Source: Candidatus Omnitrophota bacterium (lineage in GTDB: Bacteria > Omnitrophota > Gorgyraeia > Gygaellales > Profunditerraquicolaceae). Taken from it: a stretch of 64,000 nt of DNA. The translations under genes were made by a program, and so were the position numbers. Location of the stretch: the NCBI GenBank assembly GCA_016208765.1, contig JACQXK010000004.1:20243-84242 (forward strand). The letters run 5' to 3'. Shown piece by piece: positions 9,719 through 19,203 of this stretch. Position 1 is the first letter of the stretch; the number at the start of each line of letters is the position of its first letter. The notes beneath the pieces are model-generated. The model had not been told where the DNA came from and did no database searches. It saw only the letters and a program-made list of their open reading frames with translations.

Positions 9719-11449
9719 TTAATGTAAAATACCAAAATTCAGGATTGTCCCGACAACAAGACTTGCCCCAATCATAATTGAGGTTGCCTTTAAAAGCTCT
9801 TTTGCCCCCAGTTCTTTCCATAAAACCACAAATGTGGCCACGCAGGGAAAAGATATCGCCAGTAATGTTGCAGCAATAAAAAGTTGTTTTGCCGATAATC
9901 CCAACGGGATCAGCATACCAACCGCAATATCTTTACGCAAAAACCCGATTACCAAAGCCACTACTGCATCCTTAGGCAAACCGAAAAGGCCCTGGATAAC
10001 AGGAGCAAATATCCCTGTTACAAAATCAAACAAATGAAAATACAATAACAGATTGATCATGGCCACGCCCAAAAGCACGATTGGAACAGCTTCAATTATA
10101 AACCCTTTGATACGAAAGAATAATTTTTGCGTAAATGCCCCAAACGGAGGAAATCTGTAAGGAGGAATTTCAAGCAATAATTCTGGGCTGTAGCCTTTTA
10201 AGAAATAATTTAATAATACTCCGGTAATAATCATAATTGAAAACAGCACCAGATAAACCCCTCCCACATAAAATCCGGAAAAACTTCCCAAAAGCCCAAA
10301 GATCATTGCCTGTAAAGGAACACATGGCACTCCTATAGAAATAAGCGTTGAGGCAATAAACCTTTCCCGTTTTGATTCAAGGGATCGTGTTGCTAAAATA
10401 CCAGGGACATTACAGCCAAAACCCAAGAGTACCGGGATGATCGCAAAACCGTGCAATCCAAGCCGGTGCAGTAGATTATCCAGCAATATGGCCAGGCGCG
10501 GCAAATAGCCGATATCTTCCAAGAGGCTTAAAACAAAATAAAAAGAGATAATATAAGGTAACACCATGGCAAATTCAATATAAGGCGCGGTTGTTAAAAC
10601 TCCCATTGACTGCTTAAAATCAATTTTTCCGTTAATCAGCTCTCCTACAACCAAATGGTGCAGAAAACTTCCCGGGGCCAAAGCAGAACTTAACTTTTCC
10701 AGGAACGGCTGGTAATGATTAAAGAAAAAAGGATCAAACACGCGGGTGATCAATCCCTCGCCTATAAAACGGACAATTTTAAAAGAAGTATAAATAACCG
10801 CGATTGATATGAATAACCCGCTTAACGGCCGGATAGAAGCGTCCTCAAGCATCTCCCTGAAACTATGATGCCTGTGAGTCAATTTCTGGGCACTGTCAAC
10901 AATCGTTCCGATTCTCTGCCAACGTGCTTCATGCGCCAATTTATTCTCAGTAAAAGGCTTTGCCTCTTTGAGCCTTTCCAACAAGAATTTAATTCCAACA
11001 CCTGTTACCGCGCAAGTAGGAACAACAGCCACGCCTAAAAGCTCCTCTAATTTCTTAAAGTCAATGTGAATACCGCGATGCTCGGTATCGTCGCACATGT
11101 TAAGGCAAACTATAACCGGGTACCCCTGTTCAATAAGCTGTAAAGTTAGAAACAGATTCCTCTCTAAATTAGTCGCATCAATAATATTAATTACGGCTGA
11201 TTCCTCCGGCAAAGATCCCTTTAAAAGGTTGACTGCCACCTCTTCTGCCTTTGAACTCGGCTCCAAAGAATAGGTTCCCGGCAAATCAATAACTTCAATT
11301 TTATCTTCTCCTAATTTCAAATACCCCTTTATTATTTCAACGGTTGTGCCGGGATAATTGGAAGAAATTACCTGCACGCCGGTTAGGCGCGAGAAAACAA
11401 CGCTTTTACCTACATTAGGATTGCCGATAAGAAACACTCTTTTGATCAT
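9719..11449 (-). CDS. feoB: Ferrous iron transporter B
   Basis: GNPNVGKS, NYPGTTVE, DLPGTYSL, LGFGCNVP and multiple TM segments. Confidence 0.95.
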   Translation of the reverse strand: MIKRVFLIGNPNVGKSVVFSRLTGVQVISSNYPGTTVEIIKGYLKLGEDKIEVIDLPGTYSLEPSSKAEEVAVNLLKGSLPEESAVINIIDATNLERNLFLTLQLIEQGYPVIVCLNMCDDTEHRGIHIDFKKLEELLGVAVVPTCAVTGVGIKFLLERLKEAKPFTENKLAHEARWQRIGTIVDSAQKLTHRHHSFREMLEDASIRPLSGLFISIAVIYTSFKIVRFIGEGLITRVFDPFFFNHYQPFLEKLSSALAPGSFLHHLVVGELINGKIDFKQSMGVLTTAPYIEFAMVLPYIISFYFVLSLLEDIGYLPRLAILLDNLLHRLGLHGFAIIPVLLGFGCNVPGILATRSLESKRERFIASTLISIGVPCVPLQAMIFGLLGSFSGFYVGGVYLVLFSIMIITGVLLNYFLKGYSPELLLEIPPYRFPPFGAFTQKLFFRIKGFIIEAVPIVLLGVAMINLLLYFHLFDFVTGIFAPVIQGLFGLPKDAVVALVIGFLRKDIAVGMLIPLGLSAKQLFIAATLLAISFPCVATFVVLWKELGAKELLKATSIMIGASLVVGTILNFGILH

Positions 11450-11679
11450 TCTACCTCAAGGATAATTTTTGCCGCCATCCCATGGCCCAAAGCCAAAACG
11501 CTCCTGCCTGTCTTAATGGTAACAGGGCCTTTAAGCGCAAAATGGCTTAGTTTTGTGATCTCTCTACCCGGATAAATACCCATACTCATAAATTTATTCT
11601 GTATAGAGTAGCCTCCGGTGATCTCCAAAACCCTGCCCTTCTGGTTTTCTTTCATTTTAACAAGCACTGTTTTTTTCAT
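11446..11679 (-). CDS. feoA: Ferrous iron transport protein A
   Basis: SMGIYPG, GPV and LALGHGMA motifs; overlaps the feoB start. Confidence 0.9.
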   Translation of the reverse strand: MKKTVLVKMKENQKGRVLEITGGYSIQNKFMSMGIYPGREITKLSHFALKGPVTIKTGRSVLALGHGMAAKIILEVE

Positions 11680-11696
11680 TAGTTTGATAAAGAAAG

Positions 11697-12437
11697 TTAC
11701 TCGTGCAACAGGAGTTTTGCGACCGCCATAAATATTATTCCCAAAAGAAACGCAAAGAAAGCCATGCTTGACCGGCGCAGATCACTTTCTTTGTGTATCT
11801 CGGGGATCAAATCAGAGGCAGCAATATAAATAAACCCTCCGGCAGTCAAAGGCAGGATAAAAGTTATAAACCCCTTAGTAAAATCAGCGATAAAGTAACC
11901 GATGACAGCTCCTGCCATCGCGGTTAAAGCAGTAAGGAAATTACATATCAGGGCTTTTTTCTTTGAAAACCCGCCATAAATTAAAACCCCAAAGTCTCCT
12001 AATTCCTGTGGAATCTCGTGAAGGATGATTGCCAGGGTTGTAATTAATCCGAGTTTTATGGAAATTACAAAACTTGCCGCGATCACCATCCCGTCAATAA
12101 AATTGTGAAAGGAATCGCCGATAAGGTTTAAATAAGTAAACGCATGCACATCACACTTTTCGGCATGGCAATGCCGCCAGTGAAAATACCTTTCCAGCAT
12201 GAAAAATAGCACTATCCCGAGGATCAAATAATAAAACACTACTGTGCTGCTGGTCTTTTCAAGTGCCTCCGGCAGTAAATGCAAAAATGCACCGCCGATC
12301 AATGCCCCTGCAGAAAACCCGATAAGTAGAAAAAGGATCTTCTGCAAATAATCGCTTCTGATCGCTAAAGTAACTATGCCGATTAATGAGATAAGGCTGA
12401 CAACAAAAGTACTTGCCAAAATCCAGGCTAAAACCAT
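11697..12437 (-). CDS. ZIP family divalent metal transporter
   Basis: HLLPEA, HWRHCH loop, DSFHNFIDG, HEIPQELGDF, DLIPE. Confidence 0.93.
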   Translation of the reverse strand: MVLAWILASTFVVSLISLIGIVTLAIRSDYLQKILFLLIGFSAGALIGGAFLHLLPEALEKTSSTVVFYYLILGIVLFFMLERYFHWRHCHAEKCDVHAFTYLNLIGDSFHNFIDGMVIAASFVISIKLGLITTLAIILHEIPQELGDFGVLIYGGFSKKKALICNFLTALTAMAGAVIGYFIADFTKGFITFILPLTAGGFIYIAASDLIPEIHKESDLRRSSMAFFAFLLGIIFMAVAKLLLHE

Positions 12438-12447
12438 AGCTAACAGC

Positions 12448-12528
12448 TTATCCTAAGCAGGGTTTTCTTCCTTTATTTGCTTTCTTTGAACGCCAGTTAA
12501 GTTTTCCTCTTCTTTTTCTTTTACCCAT
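12448..12528 (-). CDS. 26-aa basic protein, ribosomal protein bL37-like
   Basis: Not in the ORF track. GAGGTG RBS followed by MGKRKRRGKLNWRSKKANKGRKPCLG; fills the CsgG-ZIP gap. Confidence 0.7.
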   Translation of the reverse strand: MGKRKRRGKLNWRSKKANKGRKPCLG

Positions 12529-12545
12529 TTTAAACACCTCATTTC

Positions 12546-13301
12546 TTAATATTTGAAGTAATTTACCGGTGTCGCCTGAGAAACATAACGCACCGCTTCA
12601 ACAATACAAATACGGATTGCTTTCTCCATCGGAGTATTAGCATAACCGCCTAAACCATCCCCCAGGACACCTCCGCCAAACAAACCAATCCCCGCCATAC
12701 CGCTGATATCCGAAGCCTGCCCCTGCACGCTGGTAGCAGACAATACCTCTGAAGTAGATGCATCTACAATACGAATATCCATAGCCATATGCGCCTTATT
12801 CGTTGAACCACCCAAAAGCCCGCCTAAAGCACCACTTCCAGACCCGCCTCCACCGCCAATGCCAGCAGTTCCTCCCGACGCTTCAGGCTCAAATTCAGTA
12901 ACTGCCACAGTAATAATTAAATCAGTGGCTTTAAGATTTTCTTTTTCAGCTCCTACTGCTGTCTGTTGGCTTCCTGCAGGGCCGGCTGATTCCTGTTCCT
13001 TCATTGCTTCTGCCAAAGCCTGACGCTCAAGTACTGAAAACCGGTTACTGTTTGATAAAGCAGCGACCAACATTTCACGTAAACCCGTGCCAATCTGGCT
13101 GCTTGCCTTGGCTGCCTTTACATCAAAATCTGCAACCGCCACTCTCGCCATTGGCCCGCTATACGCAGGTAAGGGTTGAGTAGCAACACTGTTAACCACC
13201 TGCCTTTTTTGATGAAACACGGAATTTAAAGACGCGCAACCGGAAAATATAGCAGCACAACCACCTAATAACCCAATAACATACAATGTTTTTCTTAACA
13301 T
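12546..13301 (-). CDS. CsgG/HfaB-family lipoprotein
   Basis: Lipobox FSGC, RVAVADF, RFSVLERQ, AVTEFE, Gly-rich loop, DIRIVDASTSEV. Confidence 0.8.
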   Translation of the reverse strand: MLRKTLYVIGLLGGCAAIFSGCASLNSVFHQKRQVVNSVATQPLPAYSGPMARVAVADFDVKAAKASSQIGTGLREMLVAALSNSNRFSVLERQALAEAMKEQESAGPAGSQQTAVGAEKENLKATDLIITVAVTEFEPEASGGTAGIGGGGGSGSGALGGLLGGSTNKAHMAMDIRIVDASTSEVLSATSVQGQASDISGMAGIGLFGGGVLGDGLGGYANTPMEKAIRICIVEAVRYVSQATPVNYFKY

Positions 13302-13331
13302 CTTGATTTACTCCATTGCTTTCTCAATGAA

Positions 13332-13359
13332 ATTATAGCAAAGAATACCTGAATAGCAA
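13332..13359 (-). promoter_or_regulatory. sigma70-type promoter
   Basis: TTGCTA-16 nt-TATAAT with TGn extension. Confidence 0.6.
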
Positions 13360-13383
13360 TGATAAAGTCTGGATAGCCGTAGC

Positions 13384-13510
13384 CGGTTAGTTACTGGGCG
13401 TAAGTCATTCCCGCGTAAGCGGGAATCCAGCCACGGGAACGCCTGGTTGCCTCCCCGCGAAAGCGGGGATTTCGCGAGCATGACAATACCTATCCCCCGT
13501 TTACTGACCG
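13384..13510. repeat. Repeat family C, copy 1 (GTCATTCCCGC...GCGGGAATCCAG REP-like palindrome)
   Basis: The core is near-identical to the reverse complement of 51758-51822 and carries an extra CCCCGCGAAAGCGGGG hairpin. Confidence 0.85.
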
Positions 13511-13524
13511 ATTACAATTAACCA

Positions 13525-15294
13525 CTATAGAGGAATAGTAAAATAAAAAGTTGAACCCTTTCCATATTCTGATTCAACCCAAATTCTACCTTTATGTTCA
13601 TCAATAATTTTCTTACTAATCGCCAGCCCTAACCCTGTGCCGCCGGTTTTACGGTCCATGCCCTTTTTTATCTGTTCAAATTGATGGAACAGTTTGCTCA
13701 TATCTTCCTGCCTGATCCCTTCGCCGGTATCCTGCACAGAAACCTGAAAACAATCATTCATTTTCCGGCTTTTAACAACAACGCTTCCTTTTACAGTAAA
13801 TCTGATTGCATTGCTGATTAAATGCGACAGAACTTCAAACAAACCTTCCTTATCAAATTTGGCCCTGGCCAGGCCTTCTTCAAGATCCAATATAAAGTCT
13901 ATTTTCTTCTCCCGCACCAATCCAGAGATTTCCTGGACAACTTCTTTTATCAACGCATTAAGATCATTTTCTTCAAATTTATACGACATTCTGCCGGAAT
14001 CCATTCTCTGAAAAACCAAAAGGCTATTCACCAGTTTCAACAGCCTGTCCAAATTCTTCTGTGTTAATTTCAGGATCCCTTCCTGTTTTTGATTAATGCT
14101 CCCGATAGAACTTTCCAGCAACAAAGAAACACCTTCTTTTGCAACAGCAAGCGGAGTTTTTAATTCATGTGAAACAGCGCTTAAGAATTCTTTTTTGACT
14201 GTTAACGCCTCATCAAGCTGGATCCGCATTTTTGCATCAGCCAATTCCTGGTTTCGCTGGGCTAATCTCACATTTAGTTCCCTGACAATCTGCTCCTTTT
14301 GGTAACGCTCTATGGAAATACGTAATATTAAATAAACAAACGCAAAACTTAAAACTATCAACAGTAAATAAATGATAAAAATAATTAGTAATTTTCTGTT
14401 ACGCTGGCTGAAAGCATATTTAACAGGCTGAGCAACAACCACGCCCCAGCCATAGTCAGAAACCGGCGCATAAGCCTCCAGCCTTTTTTCTTTTTCAGCA
14501 GGATTATAAAATATACCGACCCCGGATTTACCTTTTAAAACCTCTTTTGTTGAACCAGACATTGAGAAATCAACAATCTCTCCTTGGACAGGAAATGAGG
14601 GGTGAAAAATAATCCGGCCTTTTCTATCCACGACATAAACAAGGGACTGCGGCCCGATATCCACTTCCTTAACCCACTCAAAAAATGTTTCAGGTAATAC
14701 TTGCAGGACCAATAATCCTAAGACATTCTCTAAACTAGCAGGCCCCTGAGATTTAATAGGAATAGCAATAGCAATAATATTTCTCTCCGGGACAATTGCC
14801 CTTTTATAAATCTCAGAAACATAAGGCTTGCGATTGTTAATCGCACCCTTGTACCAATCCCGGAAAGAAAAATTCTTCCCTGTAATCTCTGATGTCTGGG
14901 GTAAATCAGCCATAAAATTACCCTTTGCGTCAGATAAAAATATGTGATCTATAAAAGAAAAAAGCTTCGGGGCATTTTCTAAAACCAGCATGCCTTCTTG
15001 CCATTTACCCGCGCTTACATTCTCTACTAATCTTGGGCGAGTGGCCAAAACTTCCCCGATAACAACCAACTTATCAAGTTTTTCCTTTAAGATTGTTGCG
15101 GATAGGTATGCAGTAGATTTTTTTTCCTGAAACAAATGAAAGGTATCTGCCTGAAAGACCCAACAGAAACTAAAAATGCTTAAAATAACAATTGGAGTAA
15201 TTACAAGCAAGAAAATACATGCTTGCCAGAGCCATTTTCTCTTTTTTGTTTCTTCTAACAATTTCCCAAGATAACTGATGATTTTCTGAAACAT
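13525..15294 (-). CDS. Membrane sensor histidine kinase with an extracellular dCache domain
   Basis: Two TM segments flank a Cache region (RDWY, PYVS, YVVD..G..IFHP). SHELKTPL H-box, NAIRF, DTGEGI, GTGLGL. Confidence 0.92.
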   Translation of the reverse strand: MFQKIISYLGKLLEETKKRKWLWQACIFLLVITPIVILSIFSFCWVFQADTFHLFQEKKSTAYLSATILKEKLDKLVVIGEVLATRPRLVENVSAGKWQEGMLVLENAPKLFSFIDHIFLSDAKGNFMADLPQTSEITGKNFSFRDWYKGAINNRKPYVSEIYKRAIVPERNIIAIAIPIKSQGPASLENVLGLLVLQVLPETFFEWVKEVDIGPQSLVYVVDRKGRIIFHPSFPVQGEIVDFSMSGSTKEVLKGKSGVGIFYNPAEKEKRLEAYAPVSDYGWGVVVAQPVKYAFSQRNRKLLIIFIIYLLLIVLSFAFVYLILRISIERYQKEQIVRELNVRLAQRNQELADAKMRIQLDEALTVKKEFLSAVSHELKTPLAVAKEGVSLLLESSIGSINQKQEGILKLTQKNLDRLLKLVNSLLVFQRMDSGRMSYKFEENDLNALIKEVVQEISGLVREKKIDFILDLEEGLARAKFDKEGLFEVLSHLISNAIRFTVKGSVVVKSRKMNDCFQVSVQDTGEGIRQEDMSKLFHQFEQIKKGMDRKTGGTGLGLAISKKIIDEHKGRIWVESEYGKGSTFYFTIPL

Positions 15295-15302
15295 ATGCCC
15301 TC

Positions 15303-15335
15303 AAAATAAAAGGGCAGGAGTTAAATCCCCTGCCC
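15303..15335 (-). terminator. Intrinsic terminator
   Basis: GGGCAGGGG-ATTTAA-CTCCTGCCC-TTTTATTTT on the minus strand. Confidence 0.75.
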
Positions 15336-15361
15336 AGATTAGCTTATGACACCAAAGAAAC

Positions 15362-15811
15362 TTATTCTGCCTTCTTTTCCTCCGTTGCTGCCGGAATCTC
15401 TGGAGCAGCTGTAACCGCAGATGGAGGCTGGACAGTAGCAGGGGGAACCTCAGGTTTTTCAAGGCTGATATTCCTTGCCACATTTCTTCCTTCAGGCGTA
15501 ACAATATAATCAATGCTTACCGCGTCCTTTGTTTTGATCTCACCAATGGCTTTGACATTTTCATAAATTGTTTTTTCGTCAACATTAACGGCAATTTCTT
15601 TCTCTTCGTCAGTTTCATAATCAAGGTATTTCACAGAGAAAATCTTATTCTGGGGATCAACGCTTACCACCTCTCCCCAAACCCACTGCACCTCAGGCTC
15701 TTCTTGTGCCTGGACAGGTTGCGCAGTCTGTTGCTGGCCAAAGGCCATGCTTAAACCGGCGAAAAATAAAAAAACCCCCGTAAGAATAATAAAAACGTTC
15801 TTTTTTGGCAT
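15362..15811 (-). CDS. Hypothetical exported protein (small beta-rich domain, P/A-rich tail)
   Basis: GGAGGTG RBS, signal peptide ending AFG, WGEVVSVD beta-strand pattern. Confidence 0.75.
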   Translation of the reverse strand: MPKKNVFIILTGVFLFFAGLSMAFGQQQTAQPVQAQEEPEVQWVWGEVVSVDPQNKIFSVKYLDYETDEEKEIAVNVDEKTIYENVKAIGEIKTKDAVSIDYIVTPEGRNVARNISLEKPEVPPATVQPPSAVTAAPEIPAATEEKKAE

Positions 15812-15883
15812 ACCTCACCTCCTTAATTTTATTTAATTTATCACAAGCCGCTAATTTTGTCCAGTAAAAAGACAAACCACTTA

Positions 15884-17269
15884 TCAATTGCTATAAAATG
15901 GTATAAATGCAAGAAAAATCCATGCCACCAATGTCGTTACCACACCTACACAAAGCCCAATTCCGAACCATCTAAAGAAATTTAAACGTATGTTTTTCTC
16001 TTTTTCCAAGATCCCCAAAGCAACAATATTTGCAGTTGAGCCGACTAAGGTAATATTCCCGCCAAGGCATCCTCCAAAAAGCAGGGCCCACCATAACGGC
16101 TGCAAATTTATCTTCATTGCCGCAAATCCCTGGATTACAGGAATAAAAGCTGCCACTAACACCACATTATCCAGGATGCTTGAGCCAATGGTTGAAATCC
16201 ATAAGACTAACCCTATTAAAAGGGGAGCGCTGTTTGCCGACCAGCCGGCAATGCCCCTTGCCAAAACATCGGTTGCTCCGGTATATTTTAAGGTACCTGC
16301 CTGCGCGAAAAGAAGCATAAAGAACAAAAGCGTCCACCATTCCACGTCTTTCTCAATAAATTCACGGGCTTTTTCTTTTTTCCAGATCATTACACAACCG
16401 CTGGAAACCAAAGGCATAATAAAAAGTATTGTATTCTGCTCAAGGTTCCAAAGCAATTCAATCCGGTGATGCAGAGCAATAAAAAAAAGTGTCAGGCCGA
16501 AGATCGCAAGGCTGATCTTCAGCTCTCTGTCCGGAGGGACAGAAATTAATTTTACTAAAATTTCATTTGCGCCCAATTCTTTAATCTTCATATCCAGCCT
16601 GTTGAGAGCGTTTCTATACCAAAAGATTACCAGTAGAATTGTCACAACCAGACAAACTATTGCTAAAGGAAAGGCCTTAACTAAAAAATCTTCAAAACTA
16701 AATCCTGCCTTTGAAGCAATAAGAATCCCAATCGGATTACCCAAGACTGTTGCAGCGCTGCCCACATTTGTAGCCAGAACAGAAATAATAATAAATGGAA
16801 CAGGGTCAACCTCAAAATAATCGCAGATCTCAAGGACCGCAGCCACCATAAAAATAATGGAAACCACTTCAGAGGTGGCTGTAGAAAGCAATGCCGAAAC
16901 TACAGATATGACTACTGTAAATTTCAGGGCATTCATATTTCTTATGCGTAAAATCAGCTGCACAACCCAGGCAAAAAAACCGGCGCTCTTTAAAAGGCCG
17001 ACTAAAACCATCATCCCCACCAAAAACAGGATGACCTCCAAAGAGGCAAATTCAATTACATGTTTTAGGTCAATTGTGCGCGTGGCAAGCAAAACAGAAA
17101 TACCCAAGAAAGCAAAGCTCAGCCTGAAATCCCAGAAAAAAAGCGTGCCTAAGATAGAAACGGAAAAAATTGAAATGGCTAAAGACTGGTGGGGAGTAAG
17201 GCCGAGATTAAGAGTTAGTAAACCAAGGCTTAACGATATAAGAAGAAGTAAGAGAAATTTTCTCAGCAT
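15884..17269 (-). CDS. ArsB/NhaD (IT superfamily) ion permease
   Basis: TNVGSAATVLGNP, EWWTLLFF, SSILDNV, GGNITLVGSTAN. Confidence 0.88.
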   Translation of the reverse strand: MLRKFLLLLLISLSLGLLTLNLGLTPHQSLAISIFSVSILGTLFFWDFRLSFAFLGISVLLATRTIDLKHVIEFASLEVILFLVGMMVLVGLLKSAGFFAWVVQLILRIRNMNALKFTVVISVVSALLSTATSEVVSIIFMVAAVLEICDYFEVDPVPFIIISVLATNVGSAATVLGNPIGILIASKAGFSFEDFLVKAFPLAIVCLVVTILLVIFWYRNALNRLDMKIKELGANEILVKLISVPPDRELKISLAIFGLTLFFIALHHRIELLWNLEQNTILFIMPLVSSGCVMIWKKEKAREFIEKDVEWWTLLFFMLLFAQAGTLKYTGATDVLARGIAGWSANSAPLLIGLVLWISTIGSSILDNVVLVAAFIPVIQGFAAMKINLQPLWWALLFGGCLGGNITLVGSTANIVALGILEKEKNIRLNFFRWFGIGLCVGVVTTLVAWIFLAFIPFYSN

Positions 17270-17724
17270 TCTAAGGGAATTTCTGCATCCTTAACCAAAG
17301 CCCTGAGGATATCGCAGCGAGCAACAATCCCTAAAACTAAATTATCATCATCAACAACCGGAATACGCCGTGCTTTTTGAGTAAGCATGTCTTTTGCCAA
17401 CTCAACTAAAGTCATATCTTCTTTACCAACAACAACCTGCTTGCGCATTAACTGCGCTACTTTCATATTCTTTAATTCCTGAATCTTCTTTTTTGTAGCC
17501 TTTGGGTCCTGCATGTAGACAAACTTTCCCACCTGCTCAAGATAGCTGGGAAGAATAAAAGCAAGGACTTCTTTTTCTGTAAACATCCCCGCCAATTTAC
17601 CGTCGCTGTCAATTACCGGAAGCCCGCTGATCTTGATTTTAAACAGCAATTTAAGCGCATCTAAAGCATTATCACCGGGGCCAACGCTGACGATCTTTTT
17701 ATTCATTATTTCTTTAACCTTCAT
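17263..17724 (-). CDS. Tandem CBS-domain protein
   Basis: MKVKEIM, ISGLPVID..GKLAG, RRIPVVD..LGIV. Confidence 0.9.
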   Translation of the reverse strand: MKVKEIMNKKIVSVGPGDNALDALKLLFKIKISGLPVIDSDGKLAGMFTEKEVLAFILPSYLEQVGKFVYMQDPKATKKKIQELKNMKVAQLMRKQVVVGKEDMTLVELAKDMLTQKARRIPVVDDDNLVLGIVARCDILRALVKDAEIPLEC

Positions 17725-17814
17725 TGCCAGCCTCCTTCATAGGAAATTATAAAACATGAGCCTGGCTATTTTTAACAAAAAACAGCCAAAACAAAAACCA
17801 AAATTATAAAAAAA

Positions 17815-18372
17815 TTACTTTAAACGGGGCCTGAGCTTTATATAAACAACAGCAGCTGCGGCTGCTTTACATAAATCGCCTAAGACAAAGGGAATAAAAC
17901 CGATAGAAAAAAGCTTTGTGAGCGAATATCCGAAGAGAAATTTCAGCCACAATGTTCCGGATGCGAGCAACAAGAAATCCGCAACACAAAATATACCAAA
18001 AGCCTTAGAAAAATTGTTTCCGGAATATTTGATGAATTTGGCGCAAAATAAACAGGCTAAAACAAAACCGAATAAATATCCTGCGGTAGGGCCGCTTAAA
18101 TACAAAAGCCCGCTTCCTGCGCCTGTAAAGATCGGCAGGCCCAATACTCCCAATAAAATATAACTTAATTGCGCAGTGACGCCTAAACTGCCTCCCAATA
18201 AAGCGCCTGACAACAAAACAAAAAAAGTCTGCAATGTTAACGGCACCGGAGTAAAAGGCAAAGGTATGCGCACAAATGCACCCAGGGAAGTCAAAACAAC
18301 AAATACTAACACGCCTAAAGCTCGGCTTAAAGTTTTATTAATTACGATTTCCTTACTTAAAACTGCTTCCAT
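17815..18372 (-). CDS. bioY: Biotin transporter BioY
   Basis: PFTPVPLTLQ, GLPIF, GPTAGYL, PFVLGD. Confidence 0.92.
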   Translation of the reverse strand: MEAVLSKEIVINKTLSRALGVLVFVVLTSLGAFVRIPLPFTPVPLTLQTFFVLLSGALLGGSLGVTAQLSYILLGVLGLPIFTGAGSGLLYLSGPTAGYLFGFVLACLFCAKFIKYSGNNFSKAFGIFCVADFLLLASGTLWLKFLFGYSLTKLFSIGFIPFVLGDLCKAAAAAVVYIKLRPRLK

Positions 18373-18407
18373 TTTAATCTCCTCTTTTTTAAGTTGATGC
18401 TGGCATA

Positions 18408-18435
18408 ATTATACCAAAGAAAGAAACAATAGCAA
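18408..18435 (-). promoter_or_regulatory. sigma70-type promoter of bioY
   Basis: TTGCTA-16 nt-TATAAT with TGn extension. Confidence 0.6.
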
Positions 18436-18449
18436 CAGCAAAATTCAGG

Positions 18450-18839
18450 CTAAATTGGCAGGTATTTATTCTTCTTTTTAAGTATTTCGGCAACTTTTTC
18501 ACAAATAACATTGAAATTAGAAGGCTTAGGAATATAATCAAAGGCCCCTTCTTCTAAAATCTCAGAAGCAATTGACTGGCTGTCCCAAGCGCTCACCACA
18601 AGGATATCCGTGTCAGGATACAGCTCTTTCTTTTTTTTAATGATATCCGCTCCTGAGATTCCCGGCATTTTTATATCCAAAATTACCAAATCAAATTTAT
18701 CCTTATTTAGGCTCTCTATCGCAAGCCTGCCATTCGCTGCTTCAGTTATGCCACACTCCAAAGTAAGAGCAAGAATTTCTTTTAAAGTTGACCTTAACGC
18801 GTCATTATCTTCAACAATCAGGATCTTTGGTTTGTCCAT
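18450..18839 (-). CDS. Single-domain response regulator
   Basis: ILIVED, LDIKMP, VSA, KP. Confidence 0.9.
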   Translation of the reverse strand: MDKPKILIVEDNDALRSTLKEILALTLECGITEAANGRLAIESLNKDKFDLVILDIKMPGISGADIIKKKKELYPDTDILVVSAWDSQSIASEILEEGAFDYIPKPSNFNVICEKVAEILKKKNKYLPI

Positions 18840-19203
18840 CTCTCTTCCCCCTCAGGCATTCATTTACTGTTTCTAAAAGAATACTCAAATTTACTGGTTT
18901 GACCAATATTTTTAAACTATCCTTTTTAACAAATCCCAAGCCGGCATCTGTCCGCGCGTAACCTGTAAGAATTATAGCTGGAATATCAATTTTCTTCCTG
19001 GAAAGTTCTCTTAATAATCCCTCTCCGCCGATACCCGGCATACGCATATCTAAAATCAGCAAATCAGGTTTTTCTTTAGCCAAAATTTCTAAACCGGCCT
19101 CTGCATCCTGTGCAATCTTAACCATAAAACCGGCCTGTGTAAGAAATTCATCAATGACCTTGAGTATCTCAATCTCGTCATCAACCGCAAGAATTTTATA
19201 CAT
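18811..19203 (-). CDS. Single-domain response regulator
   Basis: ILAVDD, LDMRMP, LTG, VKP. Confidence 0.9.
   Translation of the reverse strand: MYKILAVDDEIEILKVIDEFLTQAGFMVKIAQDAEAGLEILAKEKPDLLILDMRMPGIGGEGLLRELSRKKIDIPAIILTGYARTDAGLGFVKKDSLKILVKPVNLSILLETVNECLRGKRDGQTKDPDC

Noticed and set aside
12546-13301. Curli secretion system
   Set aside because: This is a lone CsgG-family lipoprotein with no curlin or csgEF genes nearby.
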